Positions 26,997 to 35,968 of a stretch of DNA of 41,727 nucleotides are shown piece by piece. How positions within the stretch are numbered: position 1 is the stretch's first letter; each line of letters opens with the position of its first letter. Position numbers and translations under genes: made by a program. The notes under the pieces are model-generated. The model saw only the letters and a program-made list of their open reading frames with translations, was not told the DNA's origin and made no database searches. Location: the IMG/VR virus record IMGVR_UViG_3300047545_000413, positions 1 through 41,727 of that record, one strand, 5' to 3'. The stretch comes from a virus. Its lineage: Duplodnaviria; Caudoviricetes.

Positions 26997-28322
26997 ATGC
27001 AACATGATATGAATATAGCCAATCAAGGCTTTCCAGCGTTTAGAGCAGATTTAAATGACGCTCTTGAGGCATTAGTTAGTAATAACTCGGGAGCTTCTGC
27101 GCCTACTACTACTTTTGCAAATATGCCTTGGTATGACACTACAAACAATCTCTTTAAAATTCGCAACGCAGATAATGATGCGTGGATTAGTGTATTTACA
27201 CTAAATCAATCAACAGATGCTTTGACAGCAATAGGCTCTGTAACTTTGTCAGATTTAGCTACGATTGTGGCATCTCAAGTCGAAATGGAAGCGGGTACAG
27301 AATCAGCTATTAGAACGATGTCACCTTTAAGGGTAGCTCAGGCTATTGCAGCTTTAGGCGTCACATCCATTAGAGGTTTATTTCGTAAGTCAGATCCTAC
27401 TATTCCAGCATGGACAAAAACAGGCAATGGCACAGCAACTACATCTAGCATTTTATATGTAGATGTAAATGGCTCGATTAAAACTATTGCAAGTGGCACT
27501 AGCATTACTATGCCTACTTTGGCTGCTGGTACAGACTATGCAATTTGGGCTAAGACAGATGGTACTTTACAAGCTACTTCTAATCATACAAGCCCACCTA
27601 CTGCTAATGCTCGCAAAGTTGGCGGCTTTCATTATGCTGCTGGTGGCAATGCTACAGCTCAATCAGGTGGTAATACTACAGCTCAGATTAATGAATACTC
27701 ATTCTGGGATTTGAAATGGAGACCAGCTTGTAATGACCCAAGAGGAATGGCATTAGTAGCTGATGGATTTTGGGTAGATATTTATTTAGCCAATACTGAT
27801 TGCGATGCTAATGGTACATCTAAATATAATGTCACTATTGCCGATGGCTCTAGTCCGCCTAAAGTGCCTACTAAATTTGGTGGCAATGGCTCTACTACTT
27901 ATGGCTCATTAACATGGTTTGAATCATGCGAATTAGCTAGTGCCTTTGGTAAGCGCCTTTTAACTCAAAGAGAGTTTATGGCAATGGCTTATGGCACAAC
28001 TGAGGCAAGCTCTATCGGCTCAGATCAAGGCTCAACTATTCTCAATGCCGCATACACCTCTAAGTGGGGCGTAATGCAATCGGCTGGAGTAATGTGGGTA
28101 TGGGGTGATGACAGGGCTGGCCCATTTGCAAGTGCCGCATGGAACGCCAACACAGAAGGTAGAGGCTCAGAATACAATGCGCCTAAGGCTGTCCTCCTTG
28201 GCGGTGCCTGGCTCGATGGAGCGGTTTCAGGTTCTCGTTGCTCGGGTTGGGACAATGCTGCTTCGAATTCGAGTCTCTACATTGGGGTGCGGTTCTCTTG
28301 TGACCACCTGTTACTTGATTAA
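26997..28322 (+). CDS. Tail fibre / receptor-binding protein, Mtd-like C-type-lectin C-terminus; DGR target
   Basis: GGFHY, DPRGM..V...FWVDIYL and G.MW.W motifs; C-terminal LGG.W...SGSR...IG.R..CDH carries the VR. Confidence 0.88.
   Translation: MQHDMNIANQGFPAFRADLNDALEALVSNNSGASAPTTTFANMPWYDTTNNLFKIRNADNDAWISVFTLNQSTDALTAIGSVTLSDLATIVASQVEMEAGTESAIRTMSPLRVAQAIAALGVTSIRGLFRKSDPTIPAWTKTGNGTATTSSILYVDVNGSIKTIASGTSITMPTLAAGTDYAIWAKTDGTLQATSNHTSPPTANARKVGGFHYAAGGNATAQSGGNTTAQINEYSFWDLKWRPACNDPRGMALVADGFWVDIYLANTDCDANGTSKYNVTIADGSSPPKVPTKFGGNGSTTYGSLTWFESCELASAFGKRLLTQREFMAMAYGTTEASSIGSDQGSTILNAAYTSKWGVMQSAGVMWVWGDDRAGPFASAAWNANTEGRGSEYNAPKAVLLGGAWLDGAVSGSRCSGWDNAASNSSLYIGVRFSCDHLLLD
28188..28304 (+). 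repeat. DGR variable repeat (VR)
   Basis: 117 nt; 15 mismatches to the TR, all at TR adenines (manual alignment). Confidence 0.95.
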
Positions 28323-28324
28323 AA

Positions 28325-28336
28325 GGGCGAAAGCCC
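28325..28336 (+). other. Short hairpin GGGC-GAAA-GCCC downstream of the VR (candidate DGR homing hairpin)
   Basis: Starts 3 nt after the target stop codon, the position where the BPP-1 DGR has its hairpin. Confidence 0.6.
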
Positions 28337-28339
28337 GAT

Positions 28340-28714
28340 ATGGAAGTTATAAAAGAACCAGTATCTAACTATGACCAGATGGCAATTATGGAGCAGTATG
28401 AAAGAGTAATTGCTTATCTGTACCCAATAGCTCAATCAATTCCTAGAAGGCATGGGATTGCTAGAGATATGTTTTTAAAAGTTTTATTTGGTCAGGCAGA
28501 ATTGTTTTATGAAGCTGGTAAAACAAATCAAATTGGTAAGGTTTATATTGCAGATGCAGGTTTAGCGCATTTGCGGTTTTGGTTGCGTTTCTTAGCAACT
28601 CCAAAAATAAAGTGTATTAGCAAGCATCAGCATGAAACAGCATTAATGTTTATTGCAGAAGTTGGCTCTATGGTGAATTCTTGGATTGTTAAGCGCAAAG
28701 GTCAGAATGGGTAA
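28340..28714 (+). CDS. avd: DGR accessory variability determinant (four-helix bundle)
   Basis: 124 aa, helical; LAHLRFWLR and EVGSMVNSW motifs; located between VR and TR. Confidence 0.85.
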   Translation: MEVIKEPVSNYDQMAIMEQYERVIAYLYPIAQSIPRRHGIARDMFLKVLFGQAELFYEAGKTNQIGKVYIADAGLAHLRFWLRFLATPKIKCISKHQHETALMFIAEVGSMVNSWIVKRKGQNG

Positions 28715-28718
28715 AGAT

Positions 28719-28835
28719 GCTGTCATCCTTGGCGGTAACTGGAACAATGGAGCGAATTCAGGTTCTCGTTGCTCGAATTGGAACAATGCTGCTTCGAATT
28801 CGAATAACAACATTGGGGTGCGGTTCTCTTGTGAC
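28719..28835 (+). ncRNA. DGR template repeat (TR)
   Basis: 117 nt with 27 adenines and 11 AAY codons in the VR frame; located between avd and RT. Confidence 0.95.
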
Positions 28836-28975
28836 GATATGAGTATATTGTTTTGCATTGGTCAAGGCTATGCAAGCAGACCTGTAATAATATGGTCAGC
28901 CATTCTTACCCGCTTCGGCAAATACATTGATAGGTTCAGGATGCCCTTAGTATCTATGAGAACAGGGTTACTGGC

Positions 28976-29965
28976 ATGAATTCCTATAACAATCTAATAG
29001 GTCAAATTACTAGCAAAGAAAATATGCTTTTGGCATATCAGAGAACATCTAACTCCAAAAGAAAAACATGGGGCTACTTAGAGTTTAAGGAATACAAACA
29101 ATTAAATTTAGATGCTTTAGCCGATGAAATGCGTAATGGTGAATACAAAATAGGCGCATACAGAGAGTTTATTATTTATGAGCCTAAAGCTAGGCTTATA
29201 TCTGCATTGGACTTTAAAGACAGGTTGGCACAACACGCATTAATAGCAGTAATAGAGCCACTATTTGAGGCAACATTTTTACCAAATACTTTTGCTTGTA
29301 GAGCAGGATTAGGCACTCATGCTGGGGTTAAATACATCCAGTCGCAATTAAGGAAAGAGCCATATCCACAATATTATTTAAAAACAGACTTTAGTAAGTT
29401 TTTTCCCAGCGTAAACCATAATATATTGCTAGAGATGGTGCATAGAAAAATTACCTGTAAATTAACCTTAAAGCTGATTGAGGAAATTATTAAGCCAAAT
29501 GAAATAGGCATTCCCATTGGCAGCCTAACTAGCCAATTATTTGCTAATGTATATGGCTTATTGCTGGATAACTATATTCACCATGAATTAGGATATAGAA
29601 AATGGGCTAGATATATGGATGATGTTGTTATTTTAAGTAATGACAAACAAAAATTAATTGATGATTTCTACAAAATTGCAGAGTTTTCTGGTAAAAAAAT
29701 GGGTATGCGGATTAGTAAATGGCATTGTGCGCCAACTGAAAGCGGAATTAACTTTTTAGGCTACAGGATTTGGCATAACCACAAGCTATTAAGAAAAGAA
29801 AGCGTAATGCGAGCAAAGCGAAAAATTGCTCAATATGTAAAATACAATGATAATAAGAACTTAGATAAGTTTTTAGCATCTTGGAGAGGTCACGCAAGCT
29901 GGTCAAATTGTTATAATTTATATACTTGGTTGGAGAAAAAGCATGAAAACAATTATCAATACTAG
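28976..29965 (+). CDS. brt: DGR reverse transcriptase
   Basis: IYEPK.R.I, F.DR..QHA, KTDFSKFFPS, GIPIGSLTSQ (DGR-type GxxxSQ), RYMDD and FLGY motifs; 329 aa. Confidence 0.95.
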   Translation: MNSYNNLIGQITSKENMLLAYQRTSNSKRKTWGYLEFKEYKQLNLDALADEMRNGEYKIGAYREFIIYEPKARLISALDFKDRLAQHALIAVIEPLFEATFLPNTFACRAGLGTHAGVKYIQSQLRKEPYPQYYLKTDFSKFFPSVNHNILLEMVHRKITCKLTLKLIEEIIKPNEIGIPIGSLTSQLFANVYGLLLDNYIHHELGYRKWARYMDDVVILSNDKQKLIDDFYKIAEFSGKKMGMRISKWHCAPTESGINFLGYRIWHNHKLLRKESVMRAKRKIAQYVKYNDNKNLDKFLASWRGHASWSNCYNLYTWLEKKHENNYQY

Positions 29966-30179
29966 ACAGGATTTAGATGCGCTTATCGGCACTTCTGAGC
30001 ATGAGGAGTTTATGAATCTTTTAAAAGGTTCTATGACTAGAAAACAAGATACACAAGTCTATCCTGATGGCTACAATCAGCCTGATTATGAAGGTGAAAA
30101 GCTAAATCCTATTTGGGCAGATGTAGAAGATTTAAGCGTAATTACTCGATTTGGTTTTACTAAAGCTGATTTTAAATAG
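29943..30179 (+). CDS. Hypothetical protein downstream of the DGR RT
   Basis: 78 aa; GGAG RBS; overlaps the RT 3' end. Confidence 0.6.
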   Translation: MKTIINTRQDLDALIGTSEHEEFMNLLKGSMTRKQDTQVYPDGYNQPDYEGEKLNPIWADVEDLSVITRFGFTKADFK

Positions 30180-30187
30180 GAGCAATT

Positions 30188-30376
30188 ATGTTTGTAATTG
30201 ATTGGATTCTGGCTAAGTTTAATTATCATAAGTTCTATCGCATGGATCAAATCTTTGCAGAACTAGATAAATTAGATAAAATAAAGCCTGTTGCAGCAAA
30301 AAAACGATCAGCTCGTAAAGTGGCGGTTAAGAAACCAATGGCTAAGAAAGTAGCCACAGCTAGAAAGAAAGCATGA
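30188..30376 (+). CDS. Small protein with a Lys/Ala-rich (H1-like) tail
   Basis: AGGAG RBS; AAKKRSARKVAVKKPMAKKVATARKKA. Confidence 0.6.
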   Translation: MFVIDWILAKFNYHKFYRMDQIFAELDKLDKIKPVAAKKRSARKVAVKKPMAKKVATARKKA

Positions 30377-30561
30377 ATATGTCTAACCTTACCGAACAAG
30401 AAATAGAGCATATTGTGGAAAAAGTGACTGAAAGAGTAATTGAAAAAGTTTATACATCGGTTGGTAAATCCATTGTTACTAAGTTCTTTTGGGTGGTAGG
30501 GGTTGGAGCAGTTAGTTTGGTGACTTATCTTGCAAGCATTGGTCAAATTAAAATAGGCTAA
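30373..30561 (+). CDS. Small membrane protein (lysis region)
   Basis: C-terminal hydrophobic helix FFWVVGVGAVSLVTYLASI. Confidence 0.6.
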   Translation: MNMSNLTEQEIEHIVEKVTERVIEKVYTSVGKSIVTKFFWVVGVGAVSLVTYLASIGQIKIG

Positions 30562-30563
30562 TA

Positions 30564-30965
30564 ATGTTTCCATTAGACACAGTACTCAATGTTGGGATGA
30601 AGATTCTTGACAAATTTTTTCCTGACCCTGAGCAAAAGGCGAAAGCCCAGCTAGAGCTGTTAAAAATGCAACAGGAAGGTGAGTTTAAAAAGATTGAGGC
30701 AGACATTGTAGAGGCTCAAGAGCTAACTAAGCGTCAGCAAGCTGATATGCTATCTGATAGCTGGCTATCAAAAAATATACGCCCATTAATGTTAATAGCC
30801 TTGTTTACAGCCTATATTGGCTTTGCGTTAGCATCCGTATTTGATTTTGACACTAAAACAGCTTATGTTGATTTATTAGGTCAATGGGGTATGCTGGCAT
30901 TTAGCTTTTACTTTGGATCAAGAGGCATGGAAAAGATTGCTGAAATCTGGTCTAAGAAAAAATGA
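30564..30965 (+). CDS. Holin (GTA 3TM-like)
   Basis: DSWLSKNIRP and FYFGSR motifs, two hydrophobic segments; precedes the endolysin. Confidence 0.75.
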   Translation: MFPLDTVLNVGMKILDKFFPDPEQKAKAQLELLKMQQEGEFKKIEADIVEAQELTKRQQADMLSDSWLSKNIRPLMLIALFTAYIGFALASVFDFDTKTAYVDLLGQWGMLAFSFYFGSRGMEKIAEIWSKKK

Positions 30966-31396
30966 AGCTAACGGATAACTTTACTTTAGACGAGTTTACG
31001 GCATCTCAGACAGCAAGCCGTAGGGGGTTTGACAATACGCCACCGCCACAAGTAATCCCTAACCTTATTCGTACAGCAAAAATATTAGAAAAAGTGCGTA
31101 AAGCAATTGGTAAGCCAATTAACATTACTTCTGGGTATCGTTGCAAACAGCTAAATGATGCTTTGGGAAGCAATGAAAGAAGTCAGCATAGGGTTGGATG
31201 CGCTGCCGACTTTAAAGTGTCTGGCATGACTCCTGATGAGATTGTAAAGGCTATTATTGCAACGGATATACAGTATGACCAGCTTATCCGAGAATTTGAT
31301 TCTTGGGTTCATATTAGCGTTCCAAATAGCGAACATGACTTACCAAAGAATCAAACCCTAATTATTGATAAACAGGGTACTAGACGCTACTCGTAA
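30962..31396 (+). CDS. Endolysin, peptidase M15A
   Basis: ITSGYRC..LN, SQH..G.AAD and WVHIS motifs. Confidence 0.9.
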   Translation: MKLTDNFTLDEFTASQTASRRGFDNTPPPQVIPNLIRTAKILEKVRKAIGKPINITSGYRCKQLNDALGSNERSQHRVGCAADFKVSGMTPDEIVKAIIATDIQYDQLIREFDSWVHISVPNSEHDLPKNQTLIIDKQGTRRYS

Positions 31397-31683
31397 AACG
31401 ATTTAACTATACTGATATAAGTTGCGCCATCATCCGTCAGTGAAATAATCCTGTTTTTCTTATTATTGTCCATCATTTTTATAGACACAAAGTTAAGATT
31501 TACTAACTTAGTAATAGAGTTTTTATAAATGGATGATGTATTGTCCCTAGTGTACCTAGCAAAGAAAGCACGAATATCCGTTGCTTTATAGCCACCAATT
31601 TCTTGAATGACTCCAAGCAAACATTCATCGTTTAAATTTAGCTGGTTGTTCTTGCGAAACACATGATGTTTAAATAGACTCAT
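31387..31683 (-). CDS. Winged-helix (MarR-like) DNA-binding protein
   Basis: ITKLV...V......NKKNRIISLTDDG wing motif. Confidence 0.55.
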   Translation of the reverse strand: MSLFKHHVFRKNNQLNLNDECLLGVIQEIGGYKATDIRAFFARYTRDNTSSIYKNSITKLVNLNFVSIKMMDNNKKNRIISLTDDGATYISIVKSFYE

Positions 31684-31897
31684 ATTTTAGCGATTTATTG
31701 GTTAATTGATAGTAAGGCACTTTACTCATTTTTAGCTTACGCACATGAGCTACCTTAGCCATTTCTTTTTTTACCAAAATGGAAATGCACTCCTCTACGA
31801 CTGGAGCAGGAATTGTGGTGTATGTAGCTATTTGCCGAATGTTTAATGGTTCATGCCGAATCATATCCATGATCCCATTCATGCGCTCTATGTTCAT
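31670..31897 (-). CDS. Winged-helix-like hypothetical protein
   Basis: PLNIRQIA...V...I..L...YYQLT pattern. Confidence 0.45.
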   Translation of the reverse strand: MNIERMNGIMDMIRHEPLNIRQIATYTTIPAPVVEECISILVKKEMAKVAHVRKLKMSKVPYYQLTNKSLKYESI

Positions 31898-31985
31898 TGT
31901 TTAAACTTTTCCATTGTCAGTGCAAGACAAGTCTTTAGGCTAAAGTTGTATGTACGCCTATAAAATAAGAATAAGCGTACATATT

Positions 31986-32213
31986 TCATATCATGCCCCG
32001 ATGAACTTGATGGTTAGTTAGCTTTTCAATCTTTTCTACAGCAGACAGTGGCACTCCGCCCCTACCCTTCCAGTTATTAATTGCTTGATAAGAGCATCCT
32101 AGAGCTTTAGCAGCGTTATTCATGCCACCAAAATGAACAATAAGAGCCTCATAAAAGTTAAGCCCTGTACTAGAGCGAATCTCTTGATCCCTTGAAAATT
32201 TAATGCTTGTCAT
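31986..32213 (-). CDS. Cro/YdaS-like HTH regulator
   Basis: HFGGMNNAAKALGCSYQAINNW...VP...IEKLT. Confidence 0.8.
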   Translation of the reverse strand: MTSIKFSRDQEIRSSTGLNFYEALIVHFGGMNNAAKALGCSYQAINNWKGRGGVPLSAVEKIEKLTNHQVHRGMI

Positions 32214-32375
32214 TGATATCTAGCTTTCTAAAAGTGTTAGATAGTTCTTGGGTTACAAAATTAAGGCTTTCGGTAAGCTGATGAGCCAGTTCAAAGTTAC
32301 GCTTTAGTGTTGCTGTATTAATCTGCTTTAACAGCCTGCTTGATTCCAATATTGCTTCTGAGTAATCGTTCATAT

Positions 32376-32612
32376 TTATTCCTGTAAGTTAATGTCGTTG
32401 TGTACTGCAAATGCCTCTAAAAACAAAATAAAATCATTCATTTCAGAAATAGACATGGTTCTTGTTAAGCGTTCTTTTCCATAAAGATGAGCAGTAAGCA
32501 GTCTTTTCCACTCATCTTTACTAAGCGTATATCCTTTAAATGTTGCGCCATCAGATATATCACTTAACAATCCCCACATTTTTCGTCTTTGAAGATTAGT
32601 ATGCCTACTCAC
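32376..32612 (-). CDS. NinB-like protein (short)
   Basis: Q..KMW.LL.DI, LSKDEWK and T..MS..EM.DFI..L.AF motifs. Confidence 0.6.
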   Translation of the reverse strand: MSRHTNLQRRKMWGLLSDISDGATFKGYTLSKDEWKRLLTAHLYGKERLTRTMSISEMNDFILFLEAFAVHNDINLQE

Positions 32613-33324
32613 TAAAAGTCATTCTCTTAAAGATTTCTCTGGTGCGGTAAATATCTCCAGCGCAATAAGTAGCAACTTTTTCAATTTCACCATTCTTGAT
32701 AGCATCCCACACCATTGAGCCATCGAACTCCTCATCAAACTCAGCACCCTTTAATGGCATATCAAAAACCTGACATAGCTTATTAAGAGATACTTTATTT
32801 GATGACCCTGCCCATTTAATCATTGTGTCGTACACATAGTCTGACCAAGGCTTAGGATCGACTGGAATGAAACTAGGCGGTACAATTCCGAGAACAATTG
32901 ATCGTTGCAAGAGAAATCTAAGATCGAACCCAATAATGTTATGCCCAATAAAAACAGGCAACATATCATTATTTCCATGTAAATTGCGAATTGTGTCGTA
33001 AAACAGGGAAATTGTTTTTGCCTCATCATTCTCTCCAAGACCGTTTCCGTTATATATCGTTACTGGTTCTCCATCATCAATAGCATATCCAATGACACAA
33101 ATATGCCCAAAACCACCATCAAAAGAAGTTTTTCGCCATTGACCATCTAAATCAGCATCAATCTCAGCAGACTTATTTGCCACATACTCAATGATCTTTT
33201 CCTGATCTTTATAGTTAGCTGGAGCTTTAATAAACTGCTTTTCCTTCTCAGCATTTTGCTTAAAGATTTCCTTGATACGCTCAGACTGAGCTGGCAAAGT
33301 TTCAATGTCCATAAATACATTCAT
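32605..33324 (-). CDS. PolB-like 3'-5' exonuclease (DEDDy)
   Basis: DIET, GHNIIGFDL.FL and YC.GD motifs. Confidence 0.85.
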   Translation of the reverse strand: MNVFMDIETLPAQSERIKEIFKQNAEKEKQFIKAPANYKDQEKIIEYVANKSAEIDADLDGQWRKTSFDGGFGHICVIGYAIDDGEPVTIYNGNGLGENDEAKTISLFYDTIRNLHGNNDMLPVFIGHNIIGFDLRFLLQRSIVLGIVPPSFIPVDPKPWSDYVYDTMIKWAGSSNKVSLNKLCQVFDMPLKGAEFDEEFDGSMVWDAIKNGEIEKVATYCAGDIYRTREIFKRMTFSE

Positions 33325-33950
33325 TATTTCTTCTCCAATTCAGCTTTACGGGAGTTGTACAAGTTAGTAATGATGACTTGCGTTTCTGGCTGTTTCTTGG
33401 TGAATGTATATAACTGGCTAAAGAACTGCTTTAGTTCACTCATTGTTTCTGACATATCAAATGACTTTTCAGCAAACTCCAGAATGTCCATACCTTCTGG
33501 CACTTGAAGTTCTATTAGCTTAATCTCCTCTTTTGGTTTTACAATGGGCTTATCCACTTGCTTGGCTGAAGGCATGCTTTTAACTGCTGCGTTGCCATCA
33601 TCATCCTCTGGAGCAATACCACAAGCAGCTAATAATTGACCTCTGCGAGCATATGTAAGGGCAGACATATAGCCCTGAGCATCTTGCTTACTGGCAGGGA
33701 AATGTAATTTTCCAGCAGATAACATTTCTCCTGATTCGTGCAAGAAGATAGTTTCTACAATAACTCCGTTATCAGACTCATGCGTGTTCTGAATAAGAGA
33801 TATACCGTTGTTGTTAAGAGCATCTTTTACAGCATCTACGCAAGCAGATAAATTAGCGTATTTAGACCTGAAGTGAGGGTTTGTAGCATCCTTCCTAGCT
33901 GGCTCAAACTCTTTCTGAGCTTTGACCAGTGCTGTTGCTAATAGTTTCAT
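33324..33950 (-). CDS. erf: ERF-family single-strand annealing protein
   Basis: NPHFRSKYA.L, SALTYARR and GIAPEDDDGN motifs. Confidence 0.9.
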   Translation of the reverse strand: MKLLATALVKAQKEFEPARKDATNPHFRSKYANLSACVDAVKDALNNNGISLIQNTHESDNGVIVETIFLHESGEMLSAGKLHFPASKQDAQGYMSALTYARRGQLLAACGIAPEDDDGNAAVKSMPSAKQVDKPIVKPKEEIKLIELQVPEGMDILEFAEKSFDMSETMSELKQFFSQLYTFTKKQPETQVIITNLYNSRKAELEKK

Positions 33951-33991
33951 TTAAATTCCTTTATGTTGTGTTGCTGAGATAGAACAATAAA

Positions 33992-34044
33992 TCAACAAAA
34001 TGTTGAAGTAAACAACTATTTGTATTTTTCTTACATTATGAAAT
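33992..34044 (-). promoter_or_regulatory. Candidate leftward promoter/operator, copy 1 of a 34-bp repeat
   Basis: AACAACTATTTGTATTTTTCTTACATT(A/G)TGAAAT at 34011-34044 and 37544-37577; palindrome TCAACA-AAA-TGTTGA at 33992-34006. Confidence 0.6.
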
Positions 34045-34305
34045 GTCCTCAAGATAGAGGCTTATATCCTTCTTGCGTTCCCGATCTACCAATGACATAA
34101 GCAATTCCCCTAACTTAGTCTGATCCTCTATCAGCTTAATTAATTTCTTTTCGATTTGACCGTTGGGAGCAATGATGTTTAAGTCCCGCAAAGCAAACAA
34201 GTAATCACTATATGTTTCAATGGCAGCTCTATTAGACTTGCGTACTCCGTTCAAATAGCAAAACTCATGCCAATTTAATATCCGTTCCTTTATCATGCGT
34301 ACCAC
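34036..34305 (-). CDS. Hypothetical protein
   Basis: ORF in the leftward operon. Confidence 0.5.
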   Translation of the reverse strand: MVRMIKERILNWHEFCYLNGVRKSNRAAIETYSDYLFALRDLNIIAPNGQIEKKLIKLIEDQTKLGELLMSLVDRERKKDISLYLEDIS

Positions 34306-34508
34306 CCTCTAACGCATTGAGAAAGCATATCAAAAGCATAGCTCTTAATCTGAGCTTGTTGTTCTTGACGCTTTTTTTCATTCCATTTACGGGTATTAGT
34401 ATTGCTACATGATTTGCAGTAAGCACAAAGGGTATTAGTAAACTTACTACGCTTTGCAAAGTTATCCAATGTTAAATACGAATCGCATTGTTTACAGTAA
34501 CGCTTCAT
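34293..34508 (-). CDS. Small zinc-finger protein
   Basis: CKQC...F......CKSC; ATGA overlap with the helicase stop. Confidence 0.6.
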   Translation of the reverse strand: MKRYCKQCDSYLTLDNFAKRSKFTNTLCAYCKSCSNTNTRKWNEKKRQEQQAQIKSYAFDMLSQCVRGWYA

Positions 34509-35962
34509 TTGTTCCTCCGAGATCTAGCCCACTTTATGTTTTGATGTTTAATCTTATTAACCGTTTCCATTGTTGGAACAACCAACTTAGCATCTGCAAT
34601 TTTCTTATTGCTCCATACTCCAGTCATCCCCTTGTGCATAGCTTGACACCATTTCTGCGCTGCTAAAGGATCTTTTTTGCGAGTTACCACTGCGTAATAA
34701 GCAAGTTCTTCAAATAGGCTGTTTGATGCCTTTTTTCCTAACTTAGTAAGTTCACCAGCTTCATGGCGTATCTCAGATTTAATTTTGTAGGTGAATCCGC
34801 ACATGGGACAAGCTGGAGCAGGGTTATGCAAATGATGACAATTAGGACACTTACGAGGCTCTTTTTTATCATCCTTCTTTTCCTTTTTTTTCTTGACCGT
34901 TCCATCGCATAGGTTATCAACCCCATGCTCTAAAAAGCGGTGCATATCATCCCAAAAGCGTTTCATATTGCCTGAGTGATCTAATATGACGCAGTGAGTC
35001 TTATCTGGATGCGCCCTAAGCCCTCTACCCAATATCTGAATATGCTCAGATAGACTAGAGCGCAATGGTCTTGCCATGATAATTACTTCTACATCTGGCA
35101 CATCAAAACCCTTAGATAAGGCTGCAACAGAAATAAGTCCTCGCACTATAGAGTTAGGCTTACGAAACTCTGAAACCAACTCATCTCTATACTCATCTTC
35201 TTGTTTGTATGTGTAAAGATCAACATTAATTCCTGAAGCTAAGAATTGATCTCGTAACGCCTCGCAGTGGGCTACATTACAAGCAAAAGCAATAAACTTT
35301 TTTCCATTACCATGTTTGAGATATTCTTTAACGCAATCTCCTACAATTGGCATAGCTCGTTCTGCTGCATCACTATCTACCCATTCTCCAGCAATCACTT
35401 TCGCTCCAGTCATATCTGGTTCGGATGCTGCATACACCTCAAAGTTAGATAGAAAGCCGTCAGCAATTAACTTATTTGTAGTCGTAACACTTTTTACTGC
35501 GTCATAGTATTTACCCAAACCCTTAGTAAATGGTGTAGCACTAAGTCCTATAGTTACGCAATCACGCTCTTGTATGCGATTGAGAACCACTTTCATTAAA
35601 GAATGGCACTCATCCACAATGATTAAATCAGTTTGTGGGAACTTGCGCCTAGCCAATGTCTGAGCTGATGCAATCTGAATGTTCTCATACGGTCTGTAAC
35701 GCCAGTGCTGGGCTTGCATAACACCATGCGGTATGCCGTACTGGTCAAATAGTTTGCTAGTCTGGTTAATGAGTGCAATACGATCAGCAACGAATATGGC
35801 TCGTTTACCTTTCTTGTAGCACTCATCAACCAAATAAGCTGCCAGAACAGTCTTACCAGCTCCAGTAGGGGCTGCTAATAGCTGATTCTTAATTCCTTGC
35901 CTGATGCCTTGTCGAAGGGACTCTATCGCATCCGACTGGTAATCACGAAGTTCTATGTCCAT
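34505..35962 (-). CDS. Superfamily 2 DNA helicase (YejH/RadD-like) with C-terminal zinc finger
   Basis: APTGAGKT, DECH, SATP, GFDVP, QILGRGLR and CPNC...CPMC motifs. Confidence 0.92.
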   Translation of the reverse strand: MDIELRDYQSDAIESLRQGIRQGIKNQLLAAPTGAGKTVLAAYLVDECYKKGKRAIFVADRIALINQTSKLFDQYGIPHGVMQAQHWRYRPYENIQIASAQTLARRKFPQTDLIIVDECHSLMKVVLNRIQERDCVTIGLSATPFTKGLGKYYDAVKSVTTTNKLIADGFLSNFEVYAASEPDMTGAKVIAGEWVDSDAAERAMPIVGDCVKEYLKHGNGKKFIAFACNVAHCEALRDQFLASGINVDLYTYKQEDEYRDELVSEFRKPNSIVRGLISVAALSKGFDVPDVEVIIMARPLRSSLSEHIQILGRGLRAHPDKTHCVILDHSGNMKRFWDDMHRFLEHGVDNLCDGTVKKKKEKKDDKKEPRKCPNCHHLHNPAPACPMCGFTYKIKSEIRHEAGELTKLGKKASNSLFEELAYYAVVTRKKDPLAAQKWCQAMHKGMTGVWSNKKIADAKLVVPTMETVNKIKHQNIKWARSRRNK

Positions 35963-35968
35963 ATACCC

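Noticed and set aside
10015-28368. Many short antisense or alternate-frame ORFs over structural genes (e.g. 10015-10464, 17693-18118, 18359-18766, 19934-20224)
   Set aside because: No motifs or RBS; they are shadows of well-supported genes, unlike 8293-8991, which has an HNH motif, an SD and a candidate promoter.
28686-28979. 97-aa ORF spanning the TR and overlapping the RT start
   Set aside because: The TR is a copy of the coding VR, so an open frame is expected; it overlaps avd and lacks a good start. Treated as template RNA, although translation is not excluded.
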